A stretch of 64,000 nt of DNA from Spizellomyces punctatus DAOM BR117. Taxonomy: Eukaryota. The stretch lies in the NCBI GenBank assembly GCA_000182565.2, contig KQ257451.1. One strand, written 5' to 3'. A model generated the notes under the pieces. That model saw only the letters and a program-made list of their open reading frames with translations, was not told where the DNA came from and did not search any database. Positions 36,457 through 48,710 of the stretch are shown one piece after another (within the stretch, counting starts at the first letter, position 1; every line of letters begins with the position of its first letter). The position numbers were made by a program, and so were the translations under genes.

Positions 36457-37271
36457 TGTTACGAATGTGAAGCGTGCAAATGTATTACAATACGAGAGAA
36501 TAGGAGAGAAGATATTCGAAATTACAAGATATAATCTATTGGCGAGTAAGACTTCAAATGACTGCTAATAGGACCTCGACCAAAAACAAACCACCTGCAC
36601 AAAGACGGGCCCCTCTGTGTTCCCTTCTTATATAAAAAGAAGAAGGGCTGTGGGCTTGGGACCACTATAGCCACATTAGCCCGGTGGTTGCTGTGCGCCG
36701 ATGCGCTCGAGGGCTCCCTGCTCGATGCTGGCAGGGTCGAGTGTCGACGATGGTAGGATGCGCACCGCAGACGACGTTACTGGCGCCCTTCTTGCTGTCC
36801 CGCTGCAATGGATCCAGTCCCACTCGAGCGAATCGAGCTTGGCCTACCAACGCTCTTATGTGGCAATGAACCCGATGCCAGGGCAGAGCGCCTTCCCTGG
36901 TATCCAATGGATGGGGTTGCAGCAGCAAGAAAGGCGGTCGTGGGTGAAGGTGGGTGCTGAAGGACCGAGTCGTAGTCGTAGTCGAGTGCCGAATGTCGAA
37001 TGTCGAAAACCGAAGGGCCCACCATGACCCGGTCGAAATCGAACCTCCTCGATGCTGTAGAAGGTTTGTTGGCCCCCCAATTTCCTGCCTCACCCCCGGA
37101 GCATGGTCCCACTCGAGCGAATCGAGCTTGGCCTACCAACAAGTGTGCCGACTACATCGGGACGCCGACAGACTTGCCTTCCCTCATGCTGGGTCCAAGG
37201 GCAAGGGAGAAAACTGAGGAGATTGACGCCGTCTGCGGGTATCTACAGAACAGACAAAGAGAAGAGTGACA
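36457..37271. mobile_element. Possible LTR-like relic (TGTTAC...GTGACA termini)
   Basis: Near-inverted TG..CA termini, internal TATA-like TATATAA and a 35-bp direct repeat; no target-site duplication and no coding domain found. Confidence 0.3.
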
Positions 37272-37339
37272 GAATACCAGGCCGGGCAGTACCAGCCTGC
37301 CCGGTCTGAATAATAGATATCATGCACAGAGGTGAAGTC

Positions 37340-37475
37340 AGAGAATAGAGGAGTATCGAGATATGAGGCCAGAATAACTTGTGCGGAGAGACATAGAAGA
37401 GTATCGAGATAGGAGGTCAGTCAAAATAGCTTGTGCGGAGAGACATAGAGGAGGAGTCGAGATATATGAGGTCCT
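37340..37475. repeat. Degenerate ~50-bp tandem repeat (gagtatcgagata...cttgtgcggagagacataga)
   Basis: Two full and one partial copies visible. Confidence 0.7.
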
Positions 37476-38344
37476 TAAGTAACTTGCATCGAGAGCCGAG
37501 GCCGCCGAGAGGTAACTTGAACCCTGAGGACAGGTTAGAAGAAAACGCGGGTGCCCAAAGGCTATGAGGTCCCCGTGAGGGAGATACTTATGAGGTCTGA
37601 TGAATGGGGGGGAATGGGCGAGAGGGTCCCTTTTTATAGACCTGGGGATCGGGATGGGCCGGGTGAAAAAAAAAACTCCTCGGGATCCCGGGCCAGGTGG
37701 TTCATAAAAAAACAAGGGGGAGAATATTGAGGAAGGTGGTGACTCCGACAGGGCCACGAGAACGTGTCAAACGCGCGTGGAAAAGAAGGAACGCGAGAGT
37801 GTTCGCGTGGTTCGGACATGGCATTTGGAATTGGGGGGGAAGAGAAGGACGACGAGGAAGAGAATTGAGGGGAGGAAGAAGAATGCTGTTCACAGGCATC
37901 TGTTCATGAACGCTCATTGTAAAGATGGGAAAACAAAAGAACGACAATACGCAACGCATCTATCTGCCTCTGGCGTGAAAAAAAGTCCAGACAGGCAGAA
38001 CAGCAAACACCTCAAAAGTGTTCACATACTGCAAAGTGCCTGACGGAAAACACGGCATATCTCTGCCTCAAAAGGAATGGCAGACTCTGCTGCTGTTCTG
38101 GGAAAAACACAGACGACACTTTTGGGTGGTAGCCAAACTCAACAGAGACGACCCCCCTCAAAAACAAGACAAAACGCTCATACAAGACAGCTATGCATTC
38201 CCCCTACGTATTTCCCTTGAAGCTGAAAACGACGGTCAAGGCACCTACGAACAAAAGCTTACGGCACTGCTACAAACCCCGTCGCCAAAACACTCAACTA
38301 CAAGCTATTTTCCCACGCGATGGAGCGGACCAAAGCTTTACACG

Positions 38345-38790
38345 CACTCAAAGAGCAGCTCTATAAACCGTTTCTGTCAACCTCCTATTGCCACGTCCCT
38401 ATTGTTTCCCACGCACTCAATACACACACCCAAAGAACAGTTCTTTGAACACTTTCCTTCAACCTCCTACTGCCAACCTTCACGACGGTGGACGTCAACC
38501 GTTTCCCTCGCGCACTGTCCACACACACCAAGGGGCAGGTCTATAAATCCTTTCCGTCAACCTACTATTGCCAAGCGTTCGCGACGGTGGACGTCCCCGG
38601 TTTCCCACGCGCACAATGTACGCACCTAAGGAACAGTTGTTTGAACCCTTTATTGCCAAGGGTTCACGACGGTGGACTTCCCCCGTTTCCCATGCGCACC
38701 CCAAAGAGCAGCTCTATGAATCCTTTCTGTCAACCCACTATTGCCAATCCTTCACGACGGACAAGACGGGGACACCCGTTTCCCACACAG
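38345..38790. repeat. Degenerate minisatellite, about five copies of a 75-98 bp unit
   Basis: Recurring caaagagcagctctat...caacctactattgccaa...ttcacgacggtggacgtc...tttccc at ~38349, 38431, 38529, 38626, 38701. Confidence 0.8.
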
Positions 38791-39400
38791 ACGGTCTACA
38801 TCCACACATCACCGAAATCCAAAACCCACATTGTCAAGATTCAAAAATAGGCACGCTACGCATTCAAACGTCATGCGCAAACACAAACTCGTCAAGTGTC
38901 CTTTTACTAGCAGTTGAAAGCGTGCCCATCAAACAGATCCCATCATGCAGGGTTGCATACCCTTACAAGCACACACGTAATCCTATCAAGAAACTTGACA
39001 CTCCTACATAAAACTACCTATCGTCCTCCATGTAAAATCCCATACCTAATAAATACCCAATACACAAACGTAATATAAAGCTCGTACGTAAATTAAATAT
39101 CTGCAATACAGCAAGTCCTCTTGTGCATACGGGTCACGTGTGCTTAGCTTGGCGTTATTATGAGTCTGTTTGGTCTGTCCTCAGTGCCAACCATATTCAT
39201 CTCATCACACACCGCTTCCTTGCATTATAACCACAAATGATCCTTTACAGCCTTGTTGCGGTCCATGAATAGGCAGATATCGATGCAAGGATGCACTGGC
39301 GGTGGGGAATGTATGTATGATATACGTCAACCATCAATCACGGACCAAAGCGTCGGGCGCATAGGCCTAGGGTGGGTGCACCATTCAACCATACCGTATA

Positions 39401-40162
39401 TTACATACGACGAGGAAGTGGAGGTGGTTGTGCCGAAACGGGTCTAGAACAAATACATATATAAAAATCAATCCATAAACTGTCAACAGAGGCACAAATA
39501 AAACGTACTGTACAAAACTTTTTGGAAAGATGCCTTCCATGGCACGTAAGCGGCCCCTATACCAATTTTCATCCACTATCAAATAAATAATTAATGAGAC
39601 GATGATGGTGGCGGGGTTGACCTTTTGCAAAATCGAAAAAGCATTACCATCACCAAGAACTTGAATCACATCACCAGATTTGAAAGGAAGGTCCCCTGGT
39701 TCCTCACTCTCGAAATCCGCAATGGCTAATACAGATACCAAAGGACTTCCAACAGGTACACTAGGTGCACTAGGTCCGCTCACCAAACTACTACTCGCGA
39801 CTTTTTTCTGCTGGTAGGTCTTGACTCGAAATGCACCCACGGTTACATATGTTCCTTCCGAGACTGATTGCGAGAGGGGTACACCTGCACCAGCGCCAGA
39901 AGGAGCCGCCCCGTTCCGTGCGGCAGATGGATTCGTTTTTTCGAAATTGAGGTATTGGAGGACTTGATCTAACGCAATGCGGATTAATATGTTTGTTATA
40001 CAGTAGGGTTTCAGATAGTCATTTTATTGTACCAAAGTGGGTATTGGGCAACCACCCGTGTTTTTGGAGGGTGGTGACGTCGGATATAAGGGAATCGAGG
40101 AGGTAGGCTCTGTGGAAGCTTTGCGCGGGTGTGAGGCCGAATGAGGCTGAGGCGAGGGTCAT
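39401..40162 (-). CDS. Small SH3-domain protein, Lsb1/Pin3-like, multi-exon
   Basis: N-terminal helix LLDSLISDVTTLQKHGWL; SH3 VLAIADFESEEPGDLPFKSGDVIQVLGD|VDENWYRGRLRAMEGIFPKSFV; tail QPPPLPRRM*. Confidence 0.78.
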
Positions 40163-40419
40163 GTTGGGGATGAGAGGATGAAGGGAGAGGGAGGGAGATG
40201 CAATGCACAGAGTCGTTGCTGAATGTAAAAGTAAAAGGCAGAGCAATGGACGGAGCGATAGGATTTACATGCCGAGTTTGTGTCAAAGTGTCATCAAACC
40301 CATGTGGCTAAAAATGCATCCAATGCACATTCCATCCAACCGACCTTGCTGGTTGAACGACAGAGTACTGTAGATCTCGGTGGATCTCTTCCACATCAGT
40401 AGAAAACAAAAACATCACC

Positions 40420-41574
40420 ATGCCAAGCGAGAACCCAATAGTATGTAAACATGCATTGCGAGGGTAAACACACTACTGACAAGTGTTTCTTTGTAGGTGT
40501 TTTTTGATGTCACGATGGGTTTGTATTGTTGCAAGGTGTACCTTGACATGTGTTTTTTCGCTGATTGTATTTCTGGTTTTGTATAGGTGGCCAACCAGGT
40601 GCGTTTATAAAAGAGTAACAGGATTAGTTGACAGAAAACCAATCACAGCATCCTACACAGTTGGACGGTTAAAGATGGAGCTCTTCAAAGACGTTGTCCC
40701 GCGTACTGCCGAAAACTTTCGACAGTTGTGTACAGGAGAATACAAGTACCGTAAACCTTTTTCCGAATGTTTATATGAAAGGCGAACAATGTTGAATGTT
40801 ATTTTTTGGATTTAGGAGGAATGGTATACCGCAGGGGTACAAGGGATGTCATTTTCATCGGTAGGTTGACTGTAATAAGCGCATGTTTTCGATCCCGTCC
40901 TTACATTTCTTTTTCCTATCGGTAGGGTGATCAAAGGTTTGCTTGTTGTCATCATGCACCCACAAAGAAATAGCTCTTTAAAGCATCGTGTAGATTTCAT
41001 GGTACAAGGCGGGGATTTCCTAAAGGTAAGGCATACTCAACCACACAAAAAAAAAGCTGTGACTCAAATGTTTTATTTTAGGGCGACGGAACGGGGTCAC
41101 TGAGTATATACGGTGAACGATTCGAGGATGAAAACTTTGGGTTGAAGCACAGTGGACCTGGTTTACTTTCAATGGTATGGATACCCACAAGGAATCCACT
41201 CGTTTACAATGTACTTATGTGTATCTTAGGCGAATAGTGGACCCAATACGAATGGATCACAGGTAAGTATTGGAAAGAGAACATGTATTGGCATGGTAGC
41301 TAATCGTCTTTTCTTCTGGTGACGCCCAGTTTTTTATTACGTGCGCAAAATGTGATTTTTTGGATGGGAAGCATGTTGTATTTGGGAGACTTGTAGATGG
41401 GTTATTGACGTTACGAAAGATTGAAAATGTACCAACGGGGCCGAATAATCGACCAAAGGTGCGTTGTATGAACACTGCTGGAGGCTGCTTTTGTTGTTAT
41501 TTTTGCAGTTGTGCTGATGGGTGTTTTTGTTTTTGTAGCTTCCGGTTATTATTTCAGAGTGTGGGGAAATGTAA
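40420..41574 (+). CDS. PPIH: Spliceosomal cyclophilin H (PPIase), 11 exons
   Basis: [81 protein letters not shown]...[19 protein letters not shown]...|[11 protein letters not shown]. Confidence 0.93.
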
Positions 41575-41888
41575 AAATCTTGTGTGTGTTTGACTATGTT
41601 GAAGAGACAAGTGGTGTACCAAAATGCATACTCGATAAACGATGCCTATCTAGTACCCATTACAAGAGGCCCTTTAGAACAAAAGTCGACACCCATATGG
41701 CAATTTTAGCGACAAAAAAGGCTTCCACTGTCGTCCATACGAGTAGGTTTGTTAGTCGTTTTTGGCCTGATGGCGCTTTTAACTTTATGTCGCATGATCA
41801 GCTTTCCACAAATCATTGATTTTACGACAAAAAATGTCAACCTTGCAATGGTATTTCCCTCAAAAACTATTATGCACACACACACAAT

Positions 41889-44186
41889 TTACAAAGGCAC
41901 CTGCTGCAAAAACCCCTCCAAACTCCCAACAACAACATACCCCAAATCCTTTGGAAACCTCACACACAAGATTCCCAAATTAAGCACCCGAATCTGACGT
42001 ACCCGGGTACACTCTGCAACTTTATAAATACTCACATTATTATCAAACGACCCCGTCGCCAAATACTCTCCATTCTCTGAAAAACAAACACTACAAGCCC
42101 AAGAAGGCGCCAAATCAAACACGGCAAGTTCCTGTCCAGACACAAAATCATTGATGCGAACCGTACAATCCCTAGAGGTGGACGCAACCAGGGAAGGCCG
42201 TGTGGTCGCCATATCCAATACATAATCCGTATGAACTTCGATACAACGTGTATGAGAAATCGCACGGGAGTGAATAAGGATTTTAACATCCCATACATAA
42301 ATTCTTTTATCAAGGCCTGCTGTGAGGAGGTATCGCCCATCATGCGAGAACCGAACAACTTTAATCCATCTCGAGTGTTTACGAATCACAGTGAGGTTTT
42401 CGCCTGTATGAAAATCCCATAGACGGATGGTACAATCTGTTGAACCGGATGCAATGTATCGGCCGTCGGATGAGATATCGCAGGTTGTCACAGAGTCGGT
42501 GTGGCCGGTTAGTGTGCGTTCACAGGAAGCTGATTGGGCGTTCCAGATTTTAAGTGTACGATCAAAAGAGGATGAAATGATGTGTGTGTCATCGTGTGTG
42601 AAATGGACGTCGGTGATGATGGATTTGTGACCAACGTATTGGGATAGGCATGTATGGCCTGTTGTTCCGCCTGCTGGGCCAGGGATGGGGACGGGGGGTA
42701 TGGATGTTGGTGTGGCAGGTGTGGTGGACGACAGTTGAGGTCGAATATCGTGAATCCGGATAACGCAGTCATACCCCCCCGTAAGCCAAAGACAACTATC
42801 AAATGATGAGAATTTGGCGGCTTTGACACCTTCACGATGGGCTACTAGGAAATTAGGAAAAAGATGAACGTCCACACTTGTAAAGAGTTCATGCAAGAGT
42901 GCGAATTTGCGGTATAGTTTTCGCCAGCGGTATTTGGGGGTTTTACCGTGTTGGGATGTACGTAGCGCTACCACTTTTTGGATTTTGAGTTTTAGTAAAT
43001 CGGGGTTGCGGAGGTCTTGCAGAGAGAGATCCGTTGGAGGGAGTTCACGGTGTAAAAGGTCCCAGACCGTTTTCAGTGTATTCGACACGAAATCCATCGA
43101 GAGTTCTTGCGCAAACGATGCGTATTTGAGAAACGTGTCTTGGTGTCCGAGAACTTGGGAAAACGTTAGGACGCAAAAAGCGGTTGAGAGACAAACGAGG
43201 GTGTAGTCGGTTGCACGGTCGAGTTGGACGTAGATTTGATTAATGTCGCGTTGGAGGGAGCGGCGAATGTCGTCTTGGCCAGGGGCTTCGTGGAGGGTAC
43301 CTTTGCGGATAGAGTTGGGAGAAGAGGGGGAAAAGGGTGCGTCCATGGGTTGGGAACCCTCCAAGGTACCAGATGATGCGCTGGATTGTTCTGTTGCTGG
43401 TGCCATTGTTGTAGAATTCGCGGTTGTGGCCGTTGCACTTGTCGAAGCCATGTCCTCTGTTTGTGACTTGTGTTCTCCTAGTTCCCCTTCTTCATCTTGC
43501 TCCAAAACACTACCTTCCACTCCCCGTCCAGCCCTCTCATGCACCGTCGTAGAATAAATCTGCGTCTTTCTCCGAACAACCATGCCCGCAGGCCGAGACA
43601 TGCGCAACAACTCTTCCATTTCCTTATCCAACGAATCCGAACTCCCATTCTCACTCTTGTTTTCCTCGTCAAGTTCGTTTTCTCGTTTTCGTTGCTGAGC
43701 CCATACGCGTTCGACATTATCCATTCCATCGCCTTCATCATGTACACGATCATCACGAGCAGAGATATCCGAAGCGCCTAACCCGATTTTAGGCACAAGT
43801 TCCTCAATGTCGAGATAATACCGTTTAAGAACCCGTCGACTGAGTCCAAAGAGTGTTTCAAAGGTTTTACAAATCCGATCACATTCAACACGTTCACCTT
43901 CTTCTCGAACATCAATCTCGCGGGGAACACGCCGCATTCGAAAATGCTCTGTCCCAGTTTCGGCTGTAGCATCCGTTACATTCCATCCATAAAACCAGTC
44001 ACAGAGCATATGATATGCGGAACGGTAGTCGGCGCTCTCGAGGTCTCGGAGATGAAAGTTTGCAATGGACGATGCGAGGGCTTTGGATTTTTGGGGATCG
44101 AAATGGGAAAAAAAGTGAGTGAGGAATGGGACTGGGATGCGGGTGGAAAAGAGGGAGAGGTCGTGATAGAGTTTTAGGCACTCCAT
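41889..44186 (-). CDS. WD40-repeat protein (C-terminal beta-propeller), 765 aa, intronless
   Basis: GHKSIITDVHF..SSSFDRTLKIWN, GHTDSVTTCDIS..SGSTDCTIRLWD and further WD repeats. Confidence 0.88.
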   Translation of the reverse strand: MECLKLYHDLSLFSTRIPVPFLTHFFSHFDPQKSKALASSIANFHLRDLESADYRSAYHMLCDWFYGWNVTDATAETGTEHFRMRRVPREIDVREEGERVECDRICKTFETLFGLSRRVLKRYYLDIEELVPKIGLGASDISARDDRVHDEGDGMDNVERVWAQQRKRENELDEENKSENGSSDSLDKEMEELLRMSRPAGMVVRRKTQIYSTTVHERAGRGVEGSVLEQDEEGELGEHKSQTEDMASTSATATTANSTTMAPATEQSSASSGTLEGSQPMDAPFSPSSPNSIRKGTLHEAPGQDDIRRSLQRDINQIYVQLDRATDYTLVCLSTAFCVLTFSQVLGHQDTFLKYASFAQELSMDFVSNTLKTVWDLLHRELPPTDLSLQDLRNPDLLKLKIQKVVALRTSQHGKTPKYRWRKLYRKFALLHELFTSVDVHLFPNFLVAHREGVKAAKFSSFDSCLWLTGGYDCVIRIHDIRPQLSSTTPATPTSIPPVPIPGPAGGTTGHTCLSQYVGHKSIITDVHFTHDDTHIISSSFDRTLKIWNAQSASCERTLTGHTDSVTTCDISSDGRYIASGSTDCTIRLWDFHTGENLTVIRKHSRWIKVVRFSHDGRYLLTAGLDKRIYVWDVKILIHSRAISHTRCIEVHTDYVLDMATTRPSLVASTSRDCTVRINDFVSGQELAVFDLAPSWACSVCFSENGEYLATGSFDNNVSIYKVAECTRVRQIRVLNLGILCVRFPKDLGYVVVGSLEGFLQQVPL

Positions 44187-45124
44187 TTATTTTCGTTGTT
44201 TTGGAACGCAATCTTTATAAATAAACTGAAATTCAAAAGCTTAATCCCATGTCAAAAAACAATTGAGGTGTTCCAACGACGCGAACCGTGTTCATGATTA
44301 CATACGCAGCGTTTACAAAGTGGTAGGACGGACCTGGACCAACTGGCAAGCAAGGTTCAATCAACCACATGTACCAGGGAATACGGATGGGGATACTTTG
44401 GAGTCAAGCAATAAGGAAACATAAAAGGCGGTGTGCCCAACATCATCAAAGGAGGAATACTAACAATCCAAGTCCCCGTAGTCATCATGGAGGCTTTTCT
44501 CAAATTCATTGCTGTGGTCTTTGCGGCCTCTTCATGTACTTGATACAGTCAAACGAACACAAGGAAGTAAACGAACAAAAACCGACATGGCATGAACACA
44601 AACCTGTTTTTGCAAAGCTCTAAATGTACTAGCCCACTGTGTCACAATTCGGTCCCCAATACAAGAGTAATTGACATGATCTCCTAGGATTCCAGCAGAC
44701 CCCCAAAATTACGACAACTGTATCTCCTGTTCCTGCTCACGCTCTTGCTCGTGGTTGCGTAGGCTCAGATTTCAAGTCACATCCGCTTGAAGTCATTAAA
44801 GAAAATCGTTTGCAACAAAGTGTTCATATATGCCATTTCGCAGATATGTGTTTAATAACATTCTGTAACTCTTTGTAATATACAAAAAAATATATGTAAA
44901 AAACAAATCTTACGGACTGGTAGGTGCATTGGACTTTTTGTGAGCAGGATTTTAATGTTCAACCAAAAAGTCAGTGTTTTAGCCAACCATGTCACTTGCC
45001 AGCTAGCATCTTTTTCTCTGTCAATGTCTTTTCATACATGATTTCTTTGCCATGCTATCTGTCCAGTCCTTTTGAGACGATTTTCCAATCCGATATTGCT
45101 TCCTGTAAGGTATCCGTTTTTCTT

Positions 45125-45569
45125 GGTTGTTGACTTGGGATGTCCATTTGCATTTTGCAATCCAAATGAAACGGGAAACATCGGGCGCGGCAGCTCCTTC
45201 TTACCGCAAAAGTCCGGTGCCTCGGAAGAGTCTTTTGTACACACCACGTTGTCGCTGCTACCAATTGAATGCAGCCGGGACTCAGGCGCATAAGGTTGGT
45301 TAATTTAGAGCAAAGGTCGACACATCAGTGTATGTCAAAGGTTGTTGACTTGGGGGTGTCCATTTTGCATTTGCAATCCAAATGAAACGGGAAACATCGG
45401 GCGCGGCAGCTCCTTCTTACCGCAAAAGTCCGGTGCCTCGGAAGAGTCTTTTGTACACTCCACGCTGTCGCTGCTACCAAATTGACTTACCCAGATTGAG
45501 AGCGTTGGTATCAGCAGCCGGGACTCAGGCTCATAGGGTTGGTTAGTTAGAGCAAAGGTCGACACATCA
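45125..45569. repeat. Recent tandem duplication (45125-45327 and 45340-45569)
   Basis: Near-identical copies; the second carries a ~27-nt extra segment. Confidence 0.9.
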
Positions 45570-46222
45570 ATGATGACAACGGATCGGCTCCGATATGGCT
45601 GTTGCTTTAGGTCGGCTCCAGAAGTCCGAGCCGGTAGTTAGGCCACTCATCCGTGGCCGAGGATTGGAATTCGCAAGTGTAACTAAAACAGTTGGGATAC
45701 GTTACGGGAAAGCCAAAGATCGGCATTGGAAACCGGCCCAAAAGGAAACGTGTAAAACGAAACGGAAACAGTGTACAAAGGTATTCTAAAACACCCGTTT
45801 GGGTTAACAGGGAATCCATACATGTTTCTGGACCCGATCATGCCAAAGCAGCCCACCATCCTCCGCAATTGCGCAAACCTCCCTAGGATAAGGATAAACA
45901 AAACCCGTTAGAAAGCGTTCAATGCAACAGTACAATATGTGCACATTAACCACCGTCGCTTATGATTTACGTACATCCAACCGTGTGCACACTCCACCAA
46001 CTATGCAGGAAAAAAAGAGTGGTACGACAGCCCTTGACCTAGTGTGCAAAGCAACGTTTTGAATCAATATGTTTACTAGGAATATGATGGAGTCAGTGCA
46101 ATTGCGGAAACGTTAAAAGAAGGGAGGGGATACGATCTTTTCTTTCTTTCCTTTGCATATTACCCAACATTAGAGTACGATTTCGAGCATAAACTGTATC
46201 ACTAAAAGCAACCGATAACGTC

Positions 46223-46688
46223 ATGAACGCTTTTCTAAAGTTTATTGCGGTGATTCTTGCTGTCTTTTCAGGTACGTAAAAGTCAAACTGCACTACTCAA
46301 AAGCGTCCAAGGAAGACAAAAAAAAAATGGAAAAAGCTGTTTAACGGATATTTCTTTTGCATTAGTTGTGAACATGGTATTAGCCCGCCCCGTCCGCCAA
46401 AATGCGGTAGCTTTTGCTGCTGACGACGGGCCCGTACCCTCAAGTTCCCTAAAGGGCAACCGCGGTGCTACTGGAAAGTTGCGTCCTGACGACGGGACCG
46501 TGCCCTCAGATTCCCTAACTCGCAACCGCGGCAGTGGTGGAACGTTGCGTCCTGACGACGGGCTCGTACCCTCAAGTTCCTCAAAGGGCAACCGCCGCGG
46601 TTCTGGACCGTTGCGGCCCGACGACCCACCCTCAGATTCCGTATCGGACTTCCGCGGCCGTTTGCGTCCTGTCCCCGGACCCGCTTGA
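46223..46688 (+). CDS. Secreted repeat-peptide protein A (123 aa; exons 46223-46271, 46366-46688)
   Basis: Signal peptide MNAFLKFIAVILAVFSVVNMVLA, then ~4.5 copies of a 22-aa unit RGxxGxLRPDDGPVPSxS. Confidence 0.8.
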
Positions 46689-47507
46689 ATAGCGCCTCCG
46701 GGATCTAGCAGAACCTGACGGTTACTCTTCCGCACTCTTGTTGGTCGGTGCGTTCAGAGGGACTGGTTGCAGGTCCTCCTTGGAATGAAGCCATTATAAG
46801 AAAAGTGAGGATGTTGTTACGTATGTATGTGTATAGGCATGATGGCATTTCTTTGTACATAAGTTTGTGATGTGTTTTTGTAAAAAGTTTTAAAAAAAAA
46901 GATGTGTTTAAAAACAACTCTTTACTTTTTCTCGCATTGGGAACCCACTACACACACATTTCTGGAGACGATCACGCCAAAGTCAAAACGCATCCTCCTC
47001 AATTGCAGCAAACGCCTTGACAAAAAAGATAAACAAAACCCGTCACAAAGCGTTCAATGCTACGTGCTTACGTACGCATCCAACGGTGTGCTCACTCTGC
47101 AACGAGTATCAAAGATTTGAATAGCAGCGGGTTTGAACTGGGTGTATTGTGGATGCCATCATTCAACTATTCAATTAGGCCATACATCAAACCTGGTTTA
47201 ACGCACGCACTGCAATGTTTCTGCTATGCTTTGTCCGATCGAATATTCGATACTCGTTGTACAGGTGAATAAGAATCGTACGACGATAAACAAGAATGGT
47301 GCGACAGGCCTTGACCAAGTGGCAGGTAAGAGTTTCAATCAATATGTTTTACTAGGAATATGATGGAGAGTCAGTTGCAAACGCAGAAACGTGTAAAGGC
47401 GGACGATTGTCTTTATCTTTCTTTCTTTTGTGTTATCCTGCGAGATCATCAGAAGGACGACCTTGAACACAAGACCTGTTACAAGAAAGTAACCGATAGT
47501 TTCCGTC

Positions 47508-48287
47508 ATGAAGGTTTATTTAAAGTTTATTGCGGTGATTCTTGTTGGCTTGTCATGTACGTTCAAAGTTCAAAACTTGCAACCCATTTCAAAAAAACGT
47601 CCAAGGAAAGGAAAAAAAAAAAAAAAACGGGCATTAACAAATCTTCCCTTTTTTTTTGACACAGCTCTGAATATGGTATTCGGCCAAAACCGCGGTGGTT
47701 CTGCACAGTTGCGTCCTGACGACGGGCTCATAGCCTTAGATTCCCTAACGCGCAACCGCGGCAGTGGTGGAACGTTGCGTCCTGACGACGGGCTCGTACC
47801 CTCAAGTTCCCCAAAGGGCAACCGCGGCGGTTCTGCACATTTGCGTCCTGTCGACGGACCCGCACCCTCAAACTCCGTATCGGACGACCGCAGCAGTGGG
47901 GTACATGAGCGTCGACACCGCGGCAGTGCTGGATGGTTGCGTCCTGACGACGGGCCCGTACCCTCAGATTCCGTATCGGACTACCGCGACAGTGCGGTAC
48001 ATTTGCGTCCTGACGACGAGCCCGTACACTCAGGTTCCGTATCGGCCTACCGCCGCGGTCTCAAGAGCGGGGGTCGTGGCGGTACTGCACAGTTCCGTCC
48101 TGTCGACGGGCCCGTACCCTCCAGTTCTGCATCGACCTACCGCAGCAGTGGGGTACATTTGCGTCCGGTCGACGGGCCCGAAAATGACTTGAATATCCCC
48201 CCTGCGAATCCAGCAGGCTTGACGGGTACCGTTCCCCGTCTTGTTCGTCGTTGCGTAGGCACTGGTTGCAGACGCTCCTTGGAATGA
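47508..48287 (+). CDS. Secreted repeat-peptide protein B (223 aa spliced; exons 47508-47556, 47665-48287)
   Basis: Paralog of A: MKVYLKFIAVILVGLSSLNMVFG, then seven (L/F)RP(D/V)D repeats; 108-nt GT-AG intron is in frame, so the ORF track reads through it. Confidence 0.8.
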   Translation: MKVYLKFIAVILVGLSCTFKVQNLQPISKKRPRKGKKKKKRALTNLPFFFDTALNMVFGQNRGGSAQLRPDDGLIALDSLTRNRGSGGTLRPDDGLVPSSSPKGNRGGSAHLRPVDGPAPSNSVSDDRSSGVHERRHRGSAGWLRPDDGPVPSDSVSDYRDSAVHLRPDDEPVHSGSVSAYRRGLKSGGRGGTAQFRPVDGPVPSSSASTYRSSGVHLRPVDGPENDLNIPPANPAGLTGTVPRLVRRCVGTGCRRSLE

Positions 48288-48710
48288 AGCCATAAGAACA
48301 ATCAAGATGTTTGTACATGTGTGTGTATATAGGCAATTGGCATTCCTTTGTATATATGTTTGTGATGTGTTTTGTACATATTGAAAAAGTTTAAAAAAAA
48401 AAAGTGTTCAAAAACAACGCTTTACTTTTCTCGCATTGCATCTTGTCTTGTGGGTTTTTGTTCAATAATTGTCTGGCTTGCGAGGCCGTACACACTCCTA
48501 CCATGGTGTGCAGATAAGCTTTTTCTGGGGTCCACAAGACCCGAAGACCAGCTTTTCGGTAATCCGCCACATAGTTCCGAAGACCGAGACGATGGATAAT
48601 GGCCAGAAGAGTCTGGTAATGGAATATAATTCCATATTTGGACTCTAGCTCATGCTGGACCTCTCGGAAGGGGGCAGAATCGGAGTTCCAGTACCGTATT
48701 CTTGATCATG

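Noticed and set aside
46420-48185. 66-nt repeats as a CRISPR-like array
   Set aside because: Repeats are in-frame coding units without unique spacers, in a eukaryotic gene; no cas genes.
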